From: Paludibacteraceae bacterium | Lineage (GTDB): Bacteria > Bacteroidota > Bacteroidia > Bacteroidales > Paludibacteraceae | DNA: 64,000 bases | Direction: 5' to 3' | NCBI GenBank assembly: GCA_017471175.1 | Contig: JAFUVS010000002.1 | Span: 14,732-78,731 of the forward strand | Part shown: in pieces, positions 37,601 to 47,081 of the stretch | Layout: each line of letters begins with the position of its first letter | How positions within the stretch are numbered: position 1 is the stretch's first letter | The notes under the pieces: model-generated | The model's database searches: none | Told to the model about the DNA's origin: nothing | Seen by the model: the letters and a program-made list of their open reading frames with translations, nothing else | Position numbers and translations under genes: made by a program

Positions 37601-40058
37601 CGCAGCCGAATCGGTTGCGCAGTGCCTTCACATACGTACCTGCTACCGACTCGTTAAAACCGTACTTGGTATAAGGTGTGCCGGAACAGATAACGTCCTT
37701 GATGGTTTGGCTTTGCGGCTTGCAGACCGATAGATTGAGTACGACCGTACTATCACAACCGTGGACACTTCGCAAGTACTGATAATAAGTTCCCTCCTGC
37801 GTTTCGTGGAAGTTGTCGGCATCGTAACTCTCTCCCTCACAAATGGTAGCGTCAATAACATTGGTAATTGGTTTCTGAACGGTCAGAACCAACTCGTGAA
37901 CTATCAGAGAACCATCCGAAGAGGTAGTTTGTTTAGTATAAACACCGCCTTCGATAAGCATTCTGCCATCAAACTCATAAGAGTCGCCCTCGCAGATGGT
38001 GTAGTAAGATCGTGTATTAACCGGCTGCGTGACTGTGAGCGTAACGATGCTGTCGCAGCCGAAACGATTGGTCAGATTGGCCGTATAGGTTCCTGCACGG
38101 CTGATAGTCAGTCCGTGGTAGTCATAGACTTCGTCCGCGTCAAGAACATAACTGTCGGTGAAGTACTCCACTTGCGGCAGGATGTGCAGTTGGCAGTGGT
38201 ACTCAAGGTCTCCTTCCGTCTTGACTATTTTGAAGTCCTGCGGGAACGAACCCGTCTGCGGCAAGGCGAACGACTCGTTGCGGAACTTATAGAACACCGC
38301 AGCACAAACGGTGTCATAGGTCAGAATGACGTTGTCGTACTTGGCAATCAGTTTATAGACACTGTCGCAACCATAAACAGAAGTATGTTCGTCCTTGTAT
38401 ATACCCGGGGTGGAAATCGTTTTGCCGTGCCACTTGAAACTTGTTCCTTGCCTGAACTCGCGTGTCTCCTCATTGACGAACGAGGAATGAACGACCACGG
38501 TATATTTCTTCAGTTGGTCGCCGACCTGCTCGGTAAAAGTAGTATTCTCGCTATATGGCTTGCCGTTGATGGTAACGCTCTGTCCTTCGCAGATATCAAA
38601 GGTTTGCTCTATAGTTACTTGCTCAATGATTTCATCGATGTCCGCTTCGTTGATTTTGCGCAGGTATCCTCCCACGCAGTAGGCATAACTCTCGTCCACG
38701 CCCATTCCATAGACGTGTGCCGTAAACTCGGCCTGGTCGTTAAAGAGGGTATAGGTGCCGTGGTCAATTCGTTTGGTCAGATACGAATAATCGCTGTTGC
38801 CGGGAACGGTCTTGAATCCTGTCAGTGCCGTGCCGTTGCAGGTCATACTGCCCACTGCCGATGTGGGAACAACCACGTTCATATAGTGGTAACGAATGAC
38901 TTGCGTCTTGAACGTAGCAAAGGTGATTTGTTTGATTCCCTGCTCCTGCGGGGTAATCCATATCATCGACGGGTCGCCTATGTGAGACGAGTTGGAGGTT
39001 CGGCTGCTCTGATAAAGATAGCAGGCACACGGAGCGGAGGTCTCAATATAGGTTGCCGCATCGGTGAGGCGGTACATATAACTCTCGCAGGTATTGATCG
39101 TGGCTAAAGTTGTGCCGTTTCTCATTATCCGCGTACCGTCCGACATAGCGGTGAACTGCACATAGTCGGCTGTTTGGCCCTGACTTTTGGTGAGGACGAA
39201 CTTTTTGCCCCACGTCTGAACGGGTGCTGCCTGCTCCACGATATGGTCCGAATAGCCTTTGCCGTCCGGTATGTAGAGGTCTATATCGCCGTTGAAGACC
39301 GCCACGGGTTTATCGGCTTTGATGACGCTCCCCGACAGACTGCCTTTGTCCGCCTCGGTGGTTGCCTGATAGACCTGACCCTTGTTGAGACGGACGGAAT
39401 AAGTACCTTTCTTTCGATTGAGTGTAGGACAAGCAAGCACCATCGTCACGGTCGTATTGTCTTCGGTAGCGACCACGGCGAACTCGGTACTGCCCTCACG
39501 GGGTGTCTGATATGCCTGCACGATATAGTCCGTACCTAATGAGGCGGCGGGTATAACGTTTGTCGCATCAAAGGTATAGTCGGCGAAGTTGGAAGCATAG
39601 ACGGAGATGGGAGCGGTGGCTTCGATGTAGAGACCGGTGTTACGCGTCTGGTCAGACTCGTAGTTGTAACATTGCGCCGTCGGTACGGTAATGATGGTTA
39701 CGCCGTTAGCCTTGACTGTAGCGGATGTACTCCACCCCGTGTTCGGATTAGTAACAGCGATAGAAGCCGCATAACGCGAGGAGAAGACAAGTTGCATCTT
39801 CAAGTACTTGCTGTCCGCATTGTACTCGTAGTTCTTCATAAACGTAACCCAAAAACTTGTTCCCTCGGTATTGAAATCGCCTTCCTCTTGGGGCATACGA
39901 GCGGGCAGTGTTCCGCTGAAGGGTGCTTGCGTTTGTTGAACCTCTATGCCGCTGCTCGGTGCAGAGGTCGGATTAGCGGATATGAGATGGCGCGACTGCG
40001 CTTGTACGGTCAGTCCTATCAAAAGGAAAAGAACCGTTAGATAATTTCTGTGTGTCAT
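34692..40058 (-). CDS. Giant secreted/surface protein (1788 aa)
   Basis: Domain order: signal peptide, IgGFc-binding-like N-terminal domain, ~19 two-Cys modules, Listeria-Bacteroides repeat, C-terminal domain and conserved tail. Signal peptide is MTHRNYLTVLFLLIGLTVQAQ. The N-domain has FWVTFMKNY...GDPSMIWITPQEQ...HVYGMGVDESYAYCVGG. The tail is KFVRNGILYIVRNGNIYTAQGQRLD. Confidence 0.85.
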   Translation of the reverse strand: MTHRNYLTVLFLLIGLTVQAQSRHLISANPTSAPSSGIEVQQTQAPFSGTLPARMPQEEGDFNTEGTSFWVTFMKNYEYNADSKYLKMQLVFSSRYAASIAVTNPNTGWSTSATVKANGVTIITVPTAQCYNYESDQTRNTGLYIEATAPISVYASNFADYTFDATNVIPAASLGTDYIVQAYQTPREGSTEFAVVATEDNTTVTMVLACPTLNRKKGTYSVRLNKGQVYQATTEADKGSLSGSVIKADKPVAVFNGDIDLYIPDGKGYSDHIVEQAAPVQTWGKKFVLTKSQGQTADYVQFTAMSDGTRIMRNGTTLATINTCESYMYRLTDAATYIETSAPCACYLYQSSRTSNSSHIGDPSMIWITPQEQGIKQITFATFKTQVIRYHYMNVVVPTSAVGSMTCNGTALTGFKTVPGNSDYSYLTKRIDHGTYTLFNDQAEFTAHVYGMGVDESYAYCVGGYLRKINEADIDEIIEQVTIEQTFDICEGQSVTINGKPYSENTTFTEQVGDQLKKYTVVVHSSFVNEETREFRQGTSFKWHGKTISTPGIYKDEHTSVYGCDSVYKLIAKYDNVILTYDTVCAAVFYKFRNESFALPQTGSFPQDFKIVKTEGDLEYHCQLHILPQVEYFTDSYVLDADEVYDYHGLTISRAGTYTANLTNRFGCDSIVTLTVTQPVNTRSYYTICEGDSYEFDGRMLIEGGVYTKQTTSSDGSLIVHELVLTVQKPITNVIDATICEGESYDADNFHETQEGTYYQYLRSVHGCDSTVVLNLSVCKPQSQTIKDVICSGTPYTKYGFNESVAGTYVKALRNRFGCDSTVTLILREAKSYRFEEHIKLVDSEVRKWHKQTLDQTGTYTAAYTTVDGCDSIYVAHVRKVIGVEEEKYDTLCSATTYTYRGHTFDVPVPDTYPYNFVMEVRDLQECKRYRLILTLMGAMTTEASYVLAPHETYPFGSQTITQEGVYTETFTSRFGCDSTVVLTVTQPVLDLRYETADICFGDVYPFAGQELSRSGTYIDSVKVEGKQGFNITQLQLNVHPVYEFVINETLQSGKTYKDEHFTESKTGVYHKDYQTVYKCDSTYTLHLTVCEPKSAEIAATINEGEVYNRNGFLAYEKGDYMRTVLTQGGCDSTTTLHLDVRPALEIEYEDHTICSGGSYIWHGTEYTKGGTYSQSYTLIDGREGQRILRLKEVPEYKDTIVATICSGDTYDLYGFSESEQGTYTQTHTSTGGCDSTITLILSVNESYEQHIYASICAGETYSEYGISTQTEGDYTRRYERANGCDSIFYIHLTLNEPTSYTERAVINYGESYPFDGKVYKETTYLTYTLTNAAGCDSTVVFDLKVNDLITKTFQVALCEGDSTTIFDTDSIVKTEGIYQRMYKAASGADSIAAYNVTVLKRTYANTEVTINPGETYPWHGNTYSRPVTLRDTLVNAEGCDSVCTLTLTVNGLNTYHIRFVNFDESVLQTYELEQGTIPAYGGTPVREKEYDELDNYYLFTFTGWNDEAGNTYAAGQALPAVTGDMTYTAQYSKQLFIILQEQKDADYYTSFSDKYNGERATTATLNRQFKQGRWSTLCLPFDVSAANLTAIGLSSRIYEFKYTKGDEQQGWTLYFAQTKKLEAGKGYIVNANAVLAKKESFVFPGVLIDTDADIQSGFDITRLEGYNSQGPIYLIGTLRKGKVYGSANGSTYLGLKDNKIYYPNSQEGTDVFAYRGIFRNAERTQPVRVRIVAESEEGTIVTDLEVINGSLEENTIGTSDTDKFVRNGILYIVRNGNIYTAQGQRLD
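35703..38615 (-). repeat. Protein-level array of ~19 divergent ~50-aa two-cysteine modules
   Basis: Consensus is (I/V)C-x-G-(D/E)-x-Y ... G-x-Y ... G-C-D-S-x-x-x-L-x-L-x-V. GCDS occurs 12 times, with degenerate variants elsewhere. Modules 2-7 align in order with modules 8-13. Confidence 0.8.
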
Positions 40059-40082
40059 AGTTGTGTTCCTTTCTCTTTTGTA

Positions 40083-42389
40083 TTAGTCGCAGACCGGCCG
40101 TATGGACATTCCCCAATAACGGACTGACATCGTTGAGGTTTCCGGTTTATGATCTTCTTGATAGTAACTATTCACGTACCAATATAGTATATAGCAATCC
40201 CTGTCTTTAGTGTCCGTGGAAGGTGTTGTGGTGGAAGTAGCGGTGAGATAGCGTGCATATTTGCCCACATTGAACACTGTTCCTCCGTTCTTATAACCCG
40301 CTGTGGGCATAAATATAGAGCGCGAAGTGTCTTCTTTGGAAGTAAAGGTATATCCGCGTTTCGATTGATTGTACGTAACGGTACACCGGGTTATGAGTTC
40401 AGTCATTTCCTCTCTTGTCGGGATACGCCATCCACATCCCCAAGCCTGTCTTGCCGCATCGTCATCGACTTGCAATTCTATTAAGCCGTCTTGAGCATAA
40501 CCGTACTTGGAATAGGGGGCTGTATTTTGATTTGAACCTATGTAAGGACAAGAAGCCCACGAACAGGATGACGGGTTGGCTGTAGTGCCAGCCCACATAA
40601 AGTAGTCGCCTGCCTCTTCCGGCGTGGACGCACCGAGATTTACAGTAGCCCACTTCGGTCCGCCCGTCCACAGTTGCACCCACTCGTGGTCGCAGGTGTT
40701 TTCTTCCGGCGTTTCGGGGTCGGGCGATGCGGGCGTGCAGTCAAACTCATACTTGTCCTCGTCTTTCAAGGGGTAACTGACAAATTCGTATCGCTCTGTT
40801 TGTGGTATTTCCACTTCGCCGAGTTTGACGTAGATGTTCTTCGTTATGTCGGACGTACTCTCCTGCTGCGTAGCGAGGAAGGCTATAATCTCCTCTTCGG
40901 GAAAAGACTGCGTGCAAGCTTCATCGTGGTAGTAGGCTGCGCCATATGTATCTAAATAGCGCATCCAGCCCTGTACGTAGTTGGTATCGGTCTGCCACGT
41001 GTAGAGTTGCTGTTCTGTACCGCCCATCGGCCATTCGCCGCCTACGGGTATATAAGTCAGGTTGTAGGAGAAAACCGTCCACGGATAGTCGGGCGAATAC
41101 GGAATATGGTTCCAAGAAGAGTTCGTAAAGTTACGCTCTAATTCGGGCGGGCAATAGAAAGCACCTTTCTGAGGCAGATTGACGCTCCATTGATTGCAGA
41201 AAGACATACTTCCCCACGCTTTGAAGTGTACCCGTATATGCGTCAGCGAGGAAGCCCGTTGGTAGAGTCCGAACAGAGCGGTACTGCCCGACTTGATGGT
41301 GGTTGCCCATACATCCGGTCCACGCTGCAAAGAGGTGCAGTTGAGGAACATATTGTAATAGACCTGATTGACATTCAGCGTTCGCGGGCGCAACACTGAT
41401 GGGGCTTTTGTCAGAGCCGAGCAGTCCGTGAACATATTGTAGCAAGCACTTTGCCCCACTTCGGCATCTTCGCCTGCCATTATCTCGGGGGCCGTTTTGA
41501 GCGAGGTGCAGCCGCTGAATAGTTCATAGTAACAGTTCTTTGGTAAATTCAATCCCGGCAATTCCTCCTGCACTTCCTCAAGAGCAGTACACCCGTTGAA
41601 CATAGACTGGTAACAACCCTCCGTCAGCGTGGTGGCAGGCAAATTAGGTGCTGTCTTCAACGAAGTGCAGTTGTTAAACATACCTTGATAACAGTTGGCA
41701 GCCAACGTCATTGTCGGTAACTGCGGTGTCTCTGTTAATGAAGTGCAATAACTGAACATATACTGATAGCAGTTAGCGGCAAGCGTAGTGGCAGGAAGTT
41801 GCGGTGTGTCCGTCATATTCGAGCAATAGGCAAACATATAGCCATAGCAGTACTGCCCGAGATGAGTAGCCGACAGTTTTAAGTCCTTGCTGCTGATGAT
41901 GCGGGTGTTCTTGGCATTCACATTATAAAAGAAATAGTAGAAAGCATAGGAAGGCAATTGGGCTGAAAGGTCTATGGATGTTTCCGTGCCGGAGAAGACA
42001 GACATCAACTCGCCGCTCAATACGGCGTTACCCGTACCGCTAAAATACATAGTCCAGTACTTCATCGTTGATTGCGCAAACCCCGAAGAACTATTGTTAC
42101 CGTAGAGCTGCATTCGGCTGCCGGCAGATATGTCGCCTAATGTATAGGTCGAAGTCGTGTTCACAGTGGTCAGCGTCTGCCACTCGCCCACATTGTTGTT
42201 GGCATCAATTACGCGGTAATTGAGCGTCACATTTGTCGGCGCATAACTTCCGCGCTTGAGTTGGATGGTCAGTTTTTGGGAAGCGTGCGTGTTGGTGACG
42301 GTAAAATAGTCGGGTTCAGCAGCCACCGCAGGCATCAGAAAACAGAAAAGAAACAAAAGAGAAAGAGGGAAATGTCGTTTCATAGGCAT
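40083..42389 (-). CDS. Secreted LRR (BspA-like) protein with a C-terminal FISUMP/DUF1566-like domain
   Basis: Signal peptide MPMKRHFPLSLLFLFCFLMPAVAA. It has ~26-aa repeats LPATTLAANCYQYMFSYCTSLTETPQ. The C-terminus has WATVNLGA...GWRIPTREEMTELI...FMPTAGY...MSIRPVCD. The stop lies 24 nt before the giant gene's ATG. Confidence 0.8.
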   Translation of the reverse strand: MPMKRHFPLSLLFLFCFLMPAVAAEPDYFTVTNTHASQKLTIQLKRGSYAPTNVTLNYRVIDANNNVGEWQTLTTVNTTSTYTLGDISAGSRMQLYGNNSSSGFAQSTMKYWTMYFSGTGNAVLSGELMSVFSGTETSIDLSAQLPSYAFYYFFYNVNAKNTRIISSKDLKLSATHLGQYCYGYMFAYCSNMTDTPQLPATTLAANCYQYMFSYCTSLTETPQLPTMTLAANCYQGMFNNCTSLKTAPNLPATTLTEGCYQSMFNGCTALEEVQEELPGLNLPKNCYYELFSGCTSLKTAPEIMAGEDAEVGQSACYNMFTDCSALTKAPSVLRPRTLNVNQVYYNMFLNCTSLQRGPDVWATTIKSGSTALFGLYQRASSLTHIRVHFKAWGSMSFCNQWSVNLPQKGAFYCPPELERNFTNSSWNHIPYSPDYPWTVFSYNLTYIPVGGEWPMGGTEQQLYTWQTDTNYVQGWMRYLDTYGAAYYHDEACTQSFPEEEIIAFLATQQESTSDITKNIYVKLGEVEIPQTERYEFVSYPLKDEDKYEFDCTPASPDPETPEENTCDHEWVQLWTGGPKWATVNLGASTPEEAGDYFMWAGTTANPSSCSWASCPYIGSNQNTAPYSKYGYAQDGLIELQVDDDAARQAWGCGWRIPTREEMTELITRCTVTYNQSKRGYTFTSKEDTSRSIFMPTAGYKNGGTVFNVGKYARYLTATSTTTPSTDTKDRDCYILYWYVNSYYQEDHKPETSTMSVRYWGMSIRPVCD

Positions 42390-42637
42390 TCGTTTTAAGA
42401 AAAGAAATGGGTTGTTTGGCGTGCAAATAATGAATTTAGCACAAATAACGCGCAAAAGTGTATAATTGTTTTGTATTGTACAAATTTTTAAGCAACTTTT
42501 TTAATTTTTGTACAGAAAAATGTAATTTTTCTATTTTTTTGATATTTGTAAAAGATGGCACATTTTTTGCACTTATTGTGTAGGTTGATACGAATGGCTA
42601 CTTTTGCAGGCTCAAAATGAGATATAGTACAGACGGG

Positions 42638-44689
42638 ATGAAACTTCGAGACATCAAACGCATATTACTCCTATTGGCGCTAAGTACATGGCAGGCAGGT
42701 TCTTGCTATGCACAACTGAACACCGACCGCATCACAGCCATCGGGCGTAATGCGCTCTACTTTGAAGACTACGTACTTTCCATTCAGTATTTCAACCAAG
42801 TCATCAAGATAAAGCCTTACCTTGCCGAGCCGTTCCAACTGCGCGCGATAGCCAAAATCCAACTGCAAGACTATACGGGTGCCCTGCAAGACTGCAATGC
42901 AGCCATTGCTCTTAATCCGTTTCATCCCGGAGCATTCTATACGCGCGGGTTCGTCTATCGGCAGATGAAAGCGTACGACAAAGCCGAGGAGGATTTTACA
43001 AAAGCACTTGATTTTTCGCCGGAGAACAAGACCTACCTGATGCTTCGCGCCGATGTGCGCTCGCAGCAGCAGAAATACGAGCAGGCGTTGCAAGATATTG
43101 ACTATCTGCTTAACCGCGAGCCGAATGCCCCTGCGTTCCTGTTTGAGAAGGGCGTTATCTGCCTGAATAAGAAAGATACGCTGTGCGCTTACGATATGTT
43201 CCGACGGAATGTGCAATACGACTCGCAGAATGCCTCTGCGTGGTCGGCATTAGGGTTGGTGGACATCTATATGGACCGCGACTCGGCGGCTATGGCAGAC
43301 TTGACACGCGCTATCGAACTCGGATCGCGTTGGGCAGGCGACTATATCAACAGAGGCATCCTCTCCTACCGCAATCATAACTACCGCGGGGCGTTGGCCG
43401 ACTACGACAATGCGGTTCGTTTGGCACCCGAAGATGCGTCCTGCTACTATAACCGCGCAATGCTTCGCGCCGAGGTGGGCGACTACAACCGCGCGTTGGA
43501 GGACTTGGACAAAGCCATTGACCTTCGTCCGGAAGACACCGAGATGCGCTACCAACGCGGCGTGGTGCTGCTACAATTAGGTCAATGGGAACCGGCTCTC
43601 AATGACCTCGATACGATGATAGCCGCCTATCCGTATTTCCTGCCGTCGTACTTCCTTGCGGCGCAAGCCAAGACGGCTCTCGGCGAAAAGAAAGCCGCCT
43701 ATACGTACCGCAAGACCGCATACGAACTGGAACAGAAGAAAGACAGTTTGATGGCGGCGCGGAACGATTCGCTCCATGCTCCGAATACGGATGTCCACTT
43801 GGCAAAAGCAGCCCCCGACCGACGCAACCGCCGCAAAGAGTTCTCCGCCCGCACGGCACAGAACGGCGAAGACGTGCCGGACGAACAGCCTGCCTACTCT
43901 TCGGACACTCGCGGCGCGGTACAGAAACGCTATACGGATGTGGTCAACGAGCCGAATATCATCCTCTCCTACTACTCGACAGCGCAGTCCATCCGGCGCA
44001 CCAACTACTCGCACGTATCCGTTGATCGCTTCAACCGGCTGCGCGTACTGCCTTCCGCTTTGCGGTTCACGTATCAGGAACTGACGCTGACGGCAGATAT
44101 GGTGAACGGACATTTTGAACAGATCGGTCAAATCAGCAAACGGTTAGACGCTCAAACAGACCCGTATCTTTACTTTTCGCGGGCGATAGAGTTCGCGCTG
44201 GTGCAAGACTACGCCTCGGCAATAGACGACTGTACACATGCGCTGATTATGCCGCAAACACAGAAAGATGCCAATGCCGTCGCCATCATCACGTTCTGCC
44301 GCGCCAACTGGCGATACCGGCTTATTGAATACAAAATGGCTAACGGCGAATTACAAGCCGATTATAAGGGACAATCGCCGGGCGGAAAGGCGGAAATGGA
44401 CTTCGACATCATGCTTCGCGACTACGACTATGTAATCCGTCTGCAGCCCGACTTCGCATTTGCCTACTACAACAAAGCCAATATACTCTGCCGACAGAAA
44501 GACTACGAGGCAGCCATAGCACAATACACCCAAGCCATAGCATGTGATTCGGACTTCGCCGAAGCCTACTTCAATCGCGGGCTTACCTATATATATACAG
44601 ACAAGGTGGAAGAAGGCATAGGCGACCTGAGCAAAGCCGGCGAATTGGGTATCTACCAAGCCTATAACCTGATTACACGATTCCAATAA
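42638..44689 (+). CDS. Large TPR-repeat protein with signal peptide
   Basis: Many TPR units (AFYTRGFVYRQMKAYDKAEEDFTKAL, etc.). The -7 box TACTTTTG at 42599-42606 makes ATG 42638 (MKLRDIKRILLLLALS...) more plausible than the track start at 42617. Confidence 0.8.
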   Translation: MKLRDIKRILLLLALSTWQAGSCYAQLNTDRITAIGRNALYFEDYVLSIQYFNQVIKIKPYLAEPFQLRAIAKIQLQDYTGALQDCNAAIALNPFHPGAFYTRGFVYRQMKAYDKAEEDFTKALDFSPENKTYLMLRADVRSQQQKYEQALQDIDYLLNREPNAPAFLFEKGVICLNKKDTLCAYDMFRRNVQYDSQNASAWSALGLVDIYMDRDSAAMADLTRAIELGSRWAGDYINRGILSYRNHNYRGALADYDNAVRLAPEDASCYYNRAMLRAEVGDYNRALEDLDKAIDLRPEDTEMRYQRGVVLLQLGQWEPALNDLDTMIAAYPYFLPSYFLAAQAKTALGEKKAAYTYRKTAYELEQKKDSLMAARNDSLHAPNTDVHLAKAAPDRRNRRKEFSARTAQNGEDVPDEQPAYSSDTRGAVQKRYTDVVNEPNIILSYYSTAQSIRRTNYSHVSVDRFNRLRVLPSALRFTYQELTLTADMVNGHFEQIGQISKRLDAQTDPYLYFSRAIEFALVQDYASAIDDCTHALIMPQTQKDANAVAIITFCRANWRYRLIEYKMANGELQADYKGQSPGGKAEMDFDIMLRDYDYVIRLQPDFAFAYYNKANILCRQKDYEAAIAQYTQAIACDSDFAEAYFNRGLTYIYTDKVEEGIGDLSKAGELGIYQAYNLITRFQ

Positions 44690-44709
44690 CTTTTTATACT
44701 ATTATTCAG

Positions 44710-45600
44710 ATGAACCTTACGGTACGTTCCAATATCCGTTTCTGCCTACTCTTGATATGGTTAGCGATACCGCTGACACTTCCTGCCCAACTGCTCTATG
44801 AGATTTCGGGGAACGGCACTAAAGCCAAGTCCTATCTTCTTGCTACCAACGCGTTAGTGGATAAGGCTTTCTTGGATACCATACCGAATGTATTTACCGT
44901 TTTTGCCCGCTGCGACAAGGTTGTGACGGAGTTTGCCGTAGAGGACTATGAAGCCTTGTCAGCACTGCGCAAGGCTGCCCTGCTACCCGACTCTGCCAAG
45001 TTAGAGGACTACTTCAAGCCAAGCGACTATCTCACTATCAGTAATGCACTTACGCCCACACTAAAGATGAGTATGGAGCAACTTGGCAGAATGAAACCTG
45101 CCTACCTGACCGAACTGTATCGGACGGCATTGATGCAGCAGTTTCTCGGATTGGACGAAGCGCGCACGATGAGCGGTTTCTTTGAGCAAGTGGCGCAACA
45201 AACAGGCATTCGCGTCATCGGATTAGATAATCTTGGAGAGACACTGTATATGACTTTTGACCGCGAACCGTTTGAATACCAGTGCGAAGAGTTGCTACAG
45301 ATTGTTACCTACCCCGACCGCGAAGTGGAATTGGAACGCTCTATCCGCACGGCTTACCTCAACGGACGACTGGGGGATATAGCCTTTCAGATAGCCGGTC
45401 CCGACAACCGTTCCACCATTTCCTATTCGGACTATATAGTGTGGACCAAACGCAATGAGCAGTGGGCAAAGCGATTGGAACCGTACCTGAAAGACGGCAA
45501 AAGTTTTCTGACAATCAACTGTATATATCTTGGCGGCGAAGGCGGACTGATCACCGCTTTACGCAAAATAGGGTATCGGGTAAAACGCGTGAACCGATAG
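44710..45600 (+). CDS. TraB/GumN-family protein
   Basis: Signal peptide followed by LLYEISGNGTKAKSYLLAT, resembling the TraB/GumN N-terminal motif. 296 aa. Confidence 0.65.
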   Translation: MNLTVRSNIRFCLLLIWLAIPLTLPAQLLYEISGNGTKAKSYLLATNALVDKAFLDTIPNVFTVFARCDKVVTEFAVEDYEALSALRKAALLPDSAKLEDYFKPSDYLTISNALTPTLKMSMEQLGRMKPAYLTELYRTALMQQFLGLDEARTMSGFFEQVAQQTGIRVIGLDNLGETLYMTFDREPFEYQCEELLQIVTYPDREVELERSIRTAYLNGRLGDIAFQIAGPDNRSTISYSDYIVWTKRNEQWAKRLEPYLKDGKSFLTINCIYLGGEGGLITALRKIGYRVKRVNR

Positions 45601-45646
45601 AAAAAGATAGGAAAAGAAAGAAAAATACAGAAAAAGTCAAAAAAGT

Positions 45647-45677
45647 TTTGGTAGATAAGAAAAACGCAGTACTTTTG
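45647..45677 (+). promoter_or_regulatory. Consensus promoter for tRNA-Gln (and probably rplY-pth)
   Basis: TTTG 45647-45650, 19-nt spacer, TACTTTTG 45670-45677. Flanks are identical to the rplU promoter (GCAGTACTTTTGCAGCCG). Confidence 0.75.
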
Positions 45678-45741
45678 CAGCCGATTTCGGTCAAGAGACA
45701 CGACTTTGGTCAAGACTTTTGATACAAGAAACAAGTCAGAT

Positions 45742-45812
45742 TGCCTAATCGTATATCGGTAGTACATCAGATTTTGGTTCTGAGGGGCGAGGTTCGACTC
45801 CTCGTTAGGCAA
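45742..45812 (+). tRNA. tRNA-Gln (anticodon TTG)
   Basis: Manual cloverleaf: 7-bp acceptor tgcctaa/ttaggca (U1-A72), D arm gtat/gtac, anticodon stem tcaga/tctga with loop ttTTGgt, 4-nt variable loop, T arm cgagg-ttcgact-cctcg. No encoded CCA. Confidence 0.85.
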
Positions 45813-45901
45813 CAAAAGAAAAAGTGTGATGGGATAAGGACAGCCGTAGCACCTCTTTTTTTTTATCTGTCCGATATTGAGTAACACAAATTTTACTTGT
45901 T

Positions 45902-46468
45902 ATGAAAACTTTTGAATTGGCGGGCAACGTCCGCACCGAAACCGGCAAGAAAGCCGCTGCTTTACTTCGTAAACAAAACTTGATTCCTTGCAACCTGTAT
46001 GGTCTGGGCGAGAACACAATGTTCACCGTCAAGACGGACGATGTTCGCAAACTCATCTATACGCCCGACACAATGGCGGTAGCGTTGACCATCGACGGTA
46101 AGCAACACATGGCAGTCGTTAAGGAGTTGCAATTCCACCCCGTAAGTGAGAACGTCTTGCATATCGACTTCCTTGAGGTGAACGAGCAGAAACCCGTAAC
46201 GGTTGAGATTCCCGTTCAGCTGACTGGTCACGCCGAAGGTGTAAAAGCCGGTGGTAAACTGAGTTTGGATATGCGCAAACTGAAAGTGAACGGTATCTAC
46301 ACACAGATTCCTGACCGCATCGTAGTGGATGTAACCACACTCGGTTTGGGCAAGAAATGCGCCGTAGGCGACATCCAAATGGAAGGTCTGCGCTTTATGA
46401 ACCCGAAAGATGCCTGCGTAGCACAAGTCAAAGCGACCCGCGCCAGTGCAGCAGCAGCCGCTGAATAA
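45902..46468 (+). CDS. rplY: 50S ribosomal protein L25 / general stress protein Ctc
   Basis: MKTFELAGNVRTETGKKAAALLRKQNLIPCNLYG..., 188 aa. Confidence 0.93.
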   Translation: MKTFELAGNVRTETGKKAAALLRKQNLIPCNLYGLGENTMFTVKTDDVRKLIYTPDTMAVALTIDGKQHMAVVKELQFHPVSENVLHIDFLEVNEQKPVTVEIPVQLTGHAEGVKAGGKLSLDMRKLKVNGIYTQIPDRIVVDVTTLGLGKKCAVGDIQMEGLRFMNPKDACVAQVKATRASAAAAAE

Positions 46469-46505
46469 AGAATGAAGCAACCCCGTGCGGTTGCACCCAG
46501 AGACT

Positions 46506-47081
46506 ATGAAATACTTGATTGTCGGGCTCGGCAATATCGGCGACGAGTACCGTAACACCCGACACAACATAGGATTTAAGATGTTGGACGCTTTTGCCGA
46601 AGCGTCCAACGTTGTATTTGAGGACCGTCGTTACGGAATGGTGGGACGCTGCCGCGTAAAGAATGCCGAACTGGTGCTGCTCAAACCCTCCACTTTTATG
46701 AATCTGAGCGGCAACGCCGTTCGCTACTGGATGGGAGAGGAGAAAATACCCGTGGAGAACCTGCTCGTATTAGTGGACGACCTGAACCTGCCTTTCGGCA
46801 CAATACGCATCCGTATGAAAGGCTCGAACGGCGGACACAACGGATTAGGACATATACAACAAGTATTAGGCACAGAAAACTACGCCCGCGTGCGCTTCGG
46901 TATCGGCAACGACTATCCCAAAGGTGCGCAGATGCATTTCGTCCTCGGCGAATGGACCGAAGAAGAAGCGAAAATGCTGCCCGACCGGCTGAAAATAACT
47001 ACGGAAATAATACCCTCTTTCTGCCTGCAAGGAATAGAGCGGACAATGAACGCTTTCAATAGTTTAGGGATGAAAGTATGA
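46506..47081 (+). CDS. pth: Peptidyl-tRNA hydrolase
   Basis: [24 protein letters not shown] plus GHNGL motif. Start chosen at ATG 46506. Confidence 0.95.
   Translation: MKYLIVGLGNIGDEYRNTRHNIGFKMLDAFAEASNVVFEDRRYGMVGRCRVKNAELVLLKPSTFMNLSGNAVRYWMGEEKIPVENLLVLVDDLNLPFGTIRIRMKGSNGGHNGLGHIQQVLGTENYARVRFGIGNDYPKGAQMHFVLGEWTEEEAKMLPDRLKITTEIIPSFCLQGIERTMNAFNSLGMKV

Noticed and set aside
45432-45887. 151-aa minus-strand ORF (and 60545-60745, 66 aa) in tRNA regions
   Set aside because: They run antisense through tRNA-Gln and tRNA-Asp and their promoters, and their translations are low-complexity. They are spurious.
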